Origin: Octopus sinensis
Lineage: Eukaryota
Direction of reading: 5' to 3'
Assembly (NCBI RefSeq): GCF_006345805.1
Contig: NC_043022.1
Location: 17,546,001 to 17,610,000, forward strand
Length of the DNA stretch: 64,000 nt
In this document: in pieces, positions 60,708-64,000 of the stretch
Layout: every line of letters begins with the position of its first letter
Position numbering within the stretch: position 1 is the stretch's first letter
Translations under genes and position numbers: made by a program
Notes under the pieces: generated by a model
Told to the model about the DNA's origin: nothing
The model's database searches: none
Seen by the model: only the letters and a program-made list of their open reading frames with translations

Positions 60708-62989
60708 ATCATCATCATCATCATCATTTAACGTCCACTTTCCATGTTAGCATGGGTTGGACGATTTTGACTGAGGGCTGGCAAACCAGATGGCTGCACC
60801 AGGCTCCAGTCTTGATCTGGCAGAGTTTCTACAGCTGGATGCCCTTCCTAACGCCAACCACTCCGAGAGTGTAGTGGGTGCTTTTTACGTGCCACCGGCA
60901 CGGGGACCAGTTAGGCGGTACTGGCAATGACCTCGCTCGAATCCTTTACACGTGCCAGTGAAGCGACGTTGGTAATGGTCACACTCGAATGGTGCCCTTT
61001 TATGTGCCACGGGTATGGAAGCCAGTTGGCTGCTCTGGCAACGATCACACTCATATGGTGCTCTTTGCACCCCGCTAGCACGGATGCCAGTCATTGAAAT
61101 GATTTTGATTTTGATTTCACTTGCCTCAACAGGTCTTCACAAGCAGAGTTTAGTGACCAAAGAAGGAAAAGGTACGCATAAGCAGGCTGGTTATGCTCCT
61201 GGCATAGGCCATGGGTTATGGTCTGATCTGGCTTGCCGGGTCTTCTCACGCACGGCATATTTCCAAAAGTCTCGGTTGCTAGTCATTTCCTTGGTGAGGC
61301 CTAATGTTCGAAGGTCGTGCTTCACCACATCATCCCAGGTCTACCTCTTCCACAGGTTCCCTCAACCGCTAGGGTGTGGCACTTTTTCACACAGCTATCC
61401 TCATCCATTCTCGCCACATGACCATACCAGTGCAGTCGTCTCTCTTGCACACCACATCTAATGCTTCTTAGGTCCAACTTTTCTCTCAAGGTACTTACAC
61501 TCTGTTGAGTATGCACACTGACATTACACATCCATCGGATCATACTGGCTTCATTCCCTGCGAGCTTACGCATGTCCTCAGCAGTCACAGCCCATGTTTC
61601 ACTGCTGTGTAGCATGGCTGTTCATACACATGCATCATACAGTCTACCTTTTACTCTGAGCAAGAGACCCTTTGTCACCAGCAGAGGTAAGAGATCTCTG
61701 AACTTTGCCCAAGCTATTCTTATCCTAGCAGCTACACTTTCAGCATACCCTCCTCCGCTACTGACTTGGTCACCTAGATAACGGAAGCTATCAACTTCTA
61801 GTTTTTCTCCTTGGAATGTGGCAGAAGTCGGTCTCTGCATATTTTCAGCGTTTATCGCTCCCGAGCATCTGCCACATACAAAAACTATCTTCCCAGTTAG
61901 CCTTCCTTTGATATTACTGCACCTGTTATGTGTCCATAGCTTACACTGGGTACATCTTATAGAGTTTCTACCTACACCTCTACTACAGATTAAGCAGGGC
62001 CATCTACCTGAAGGGATTTGTGGTTTGCCTGCCTTCCTACTTATTAGGACTTTGATTTTAGCTAGGTTGACTCTAAGGCCCTTCGATTCTAATCCTTGTT
62101 TCCACACTTGAAACTTCTCCTCTAGTTCTGATAGTGACTCAGCAATTAGAGCAAGGTCGTCAGCATAGAGGGGCTCCCAGGGGCATCCTGTCTTGAATTC
62201 CTCCGTTATTGCCTGGAGGACTATGATAAATAGGTGCCTGAGGACTGAACACTGGTGGACCCCAAATTCTACCTTGAATTCTTCAGTGTACTCGTTGCCA
62301 ACCTTTACCTTAGTTACAGCGTCCCTGTACATGGCTTGCACAGCTCTCACTAACCATTCATCTATCCCTAGTTTCCTCATTGACCACCAGAGGGGGATTG
62401 AGGGACCCTGTCAAAGGCTTTCTCCATGTCAACGAAAGCCAGGTACAGGGGCTTATCTTTGGCTAGGTATTTCTCATGCTGCTGTCTTACCAGAAATATG
62501 GCATCAGTGGTGCTTTTCCCTGGCATGAACCCAAACTATATCTCATCCAAGTTGACTTTCTCCAATCAGTTGGGCTATGACCCTCTCCGTAACCTTCATT
62601 ACCTGATCCAACAGCTTGATACCCTTGTAGTTATTTGTATCTAGGGCATCACCTTTACCTTTGTAGCAGTTGACTATTATGCTGCTACACCAGTCATTGG
62701 TTATGACTCCTTCGTGTATCACCTGGTTAACTATACGGGTGACTAGGCTATAGCCAACACTGCCAGATATTTTGAGCATCTCTGCAGCAATTCCTGATAG
62801 GCCTGGGGCTTTCCCTGTCTTCATGCTTCTAATTGCCTTAACTACTAAGGAACTGTCAACTCGGATAGCTGGTCCCTCTGTTGGCTCGACATTTGGCAGA
62901 CTCTCTTTATCCCATTAATTTTCTTTATTCAGCAACCTTTCCTAGTGGCGTCTCCAAACCACTCCCTTTGCAGCCTCATTTAGTGCAAG
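60708..62989 (-). mobile_element. RTE-clade LINE, 5'-truncated, frameshifted RT with embedded PHD finger, complete 3'UTR and (GAT)n tail
   Basis: ORFs 62543..62824 (KAPG...NNYKGIKLL), 61622..62380 (LYADDL) and 61322..61615; 3'UTR with about 52-bp subrepeats at 60880-61080; tail (CAT)n on + at 60708-60727. Confidence 0.95.
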
Positions 62990-62994
62990 CTAAA

Positions 62995-63475
62995 ATGATA
63001 CCTTCTACGAAAAAGTTGTAAACTATAAACTACAAAAAACAATGAAAAATCTTGCATCCTTAATACTTCTACGTGGAAAAGACCTGACAGAAAAAGAGAC
63101 ACGACATCACGAACTTCAAATGTAAACATAGTCTTTTTTACGGCCTCCCTAAAATACACAAGAGCAAGATAATTAACAATCACCAGGCAAAAATATGTAA
63201 ATATCCAAATGCCAGAAGACTTAAGGTTAAGGCCCATTATAGATGGCCCAGTCTGTGAAACCCACTGCTTAAGCAATTTTCCAGACATCCTACTGTAACC
63301 CTTGCTGAAATACATCAAAAGTTTCATGAAAGATGATTTAGACATGCCAGAGTTCCTACCAAAAACAATTAAGGAAGAGGCAATATTGGTTTCCTTTGAT
63401 GTTATCAATCTTTACACCAACATCCCACATGACCATGGAATAAAAGCAATCAAATTCTGGTTGGAAAGTAGACTG
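62995..63475 (+). mobile_element. Penelope-like element RT fragment (pseudogene)
   Basis: Translates to FYGLPKIHK...LRPIIDGPVCETH.LSNF.DILL*PLLKYIKSFMKDDLD...SFDVINLYTNIPHDHGIKAIKFWL, the Penelope-type RT signature; contains stops. Confidence 0.8.
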
Positions 63476-64000
63476 AAGAAAAACACATATGAAATCTTTT
63501 GTTCTCTTTCAATAATTATTTTTCAATGCCTGTAAGATTCTTTGGTATCTTGATAAAATAACTTTCTTCCCTCTCTTTCTTTCAGTTTTTCTTTGTCAAC
63601 AATCCTTTGTAATTGATGTGACAAGGAAACTTGAAAGTTACAAAAAATATGAGAGCAGAAATAATAACCAAATCTCCAAAAGACCTTTTTTTGCAATTCT
63701 GTCACAGTATTCCTCATTTTACTGCAGGAAATTTCTCTGAAAGAAATCTTTGCAGAAAGTTAAGTAGATTGATTATATATTTCTTTCATTATTTTATCGC
63801 AGTTTTTTTTTTTTACCCAACAAATTCCTGAGATTTGGCTGTTATTTCTAGCATGTGGATAGCCTGCTTGAAGGCTAAAGAATTGGGTGGGGAGGGGGTG
63901 GGGTAATTTTGTTTTTTTGAAAAATTGAAATTTTACAAAACATTTTTTATTTAGAATCATAATCTCCATATTTTTCAATGTATTTCACCCAAAAAATTTC

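Overview
AT-rich, microsatellite- and retroposon-dense animal genomic DNA. The repeat complement (RTE LINEs with (GAT)n tails, tRNA-derived SINEs, TTAA-flanked MITEs) points to an octopus; this is an inference. The window is dominated by one + strand gene, a Polyhomeotic (Ph/PHC, PRC1 subunit) homologue. I assembled it by hand from 10 phase-compatible GT-AG coding exons between 7524 and 54207 (2229 nt, 742 aa). It contains the HD1 motif (KQKAIVKPHILTHVIEGFIIHEGPEPFP|VQRSSLL) and a C-terminal SAM domain, but I could not find an FCS zinc-finger exon. The introns carry many RTE fragments, three SINE types, mariner- and piggyBac-type MITEs, a 5'-truncated CR1-like LINE and several fold-back structures. 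Downstream of the 3'UTR lies a transposon pile: a decayed hAT transposase split by a CR1-like LINE with a nearly intact ORF2, then an RTE whose RT protein carries an embedded PHD finger, then a Penelope-like RT fragment. A CpG-retaining zone at about 4.1-5.5 kb may hold the Ph promoter and the first exon of a divergent gene. I found no prokaryotic features or CRISPR array, and I cannot claim a proven new biological system. The best leads are the FCS-less Ph, the PHD-bearing RTE, and the pre-mRNA hairpins that could be A-to-I editing substrates. All alignments and identities were done by eye.
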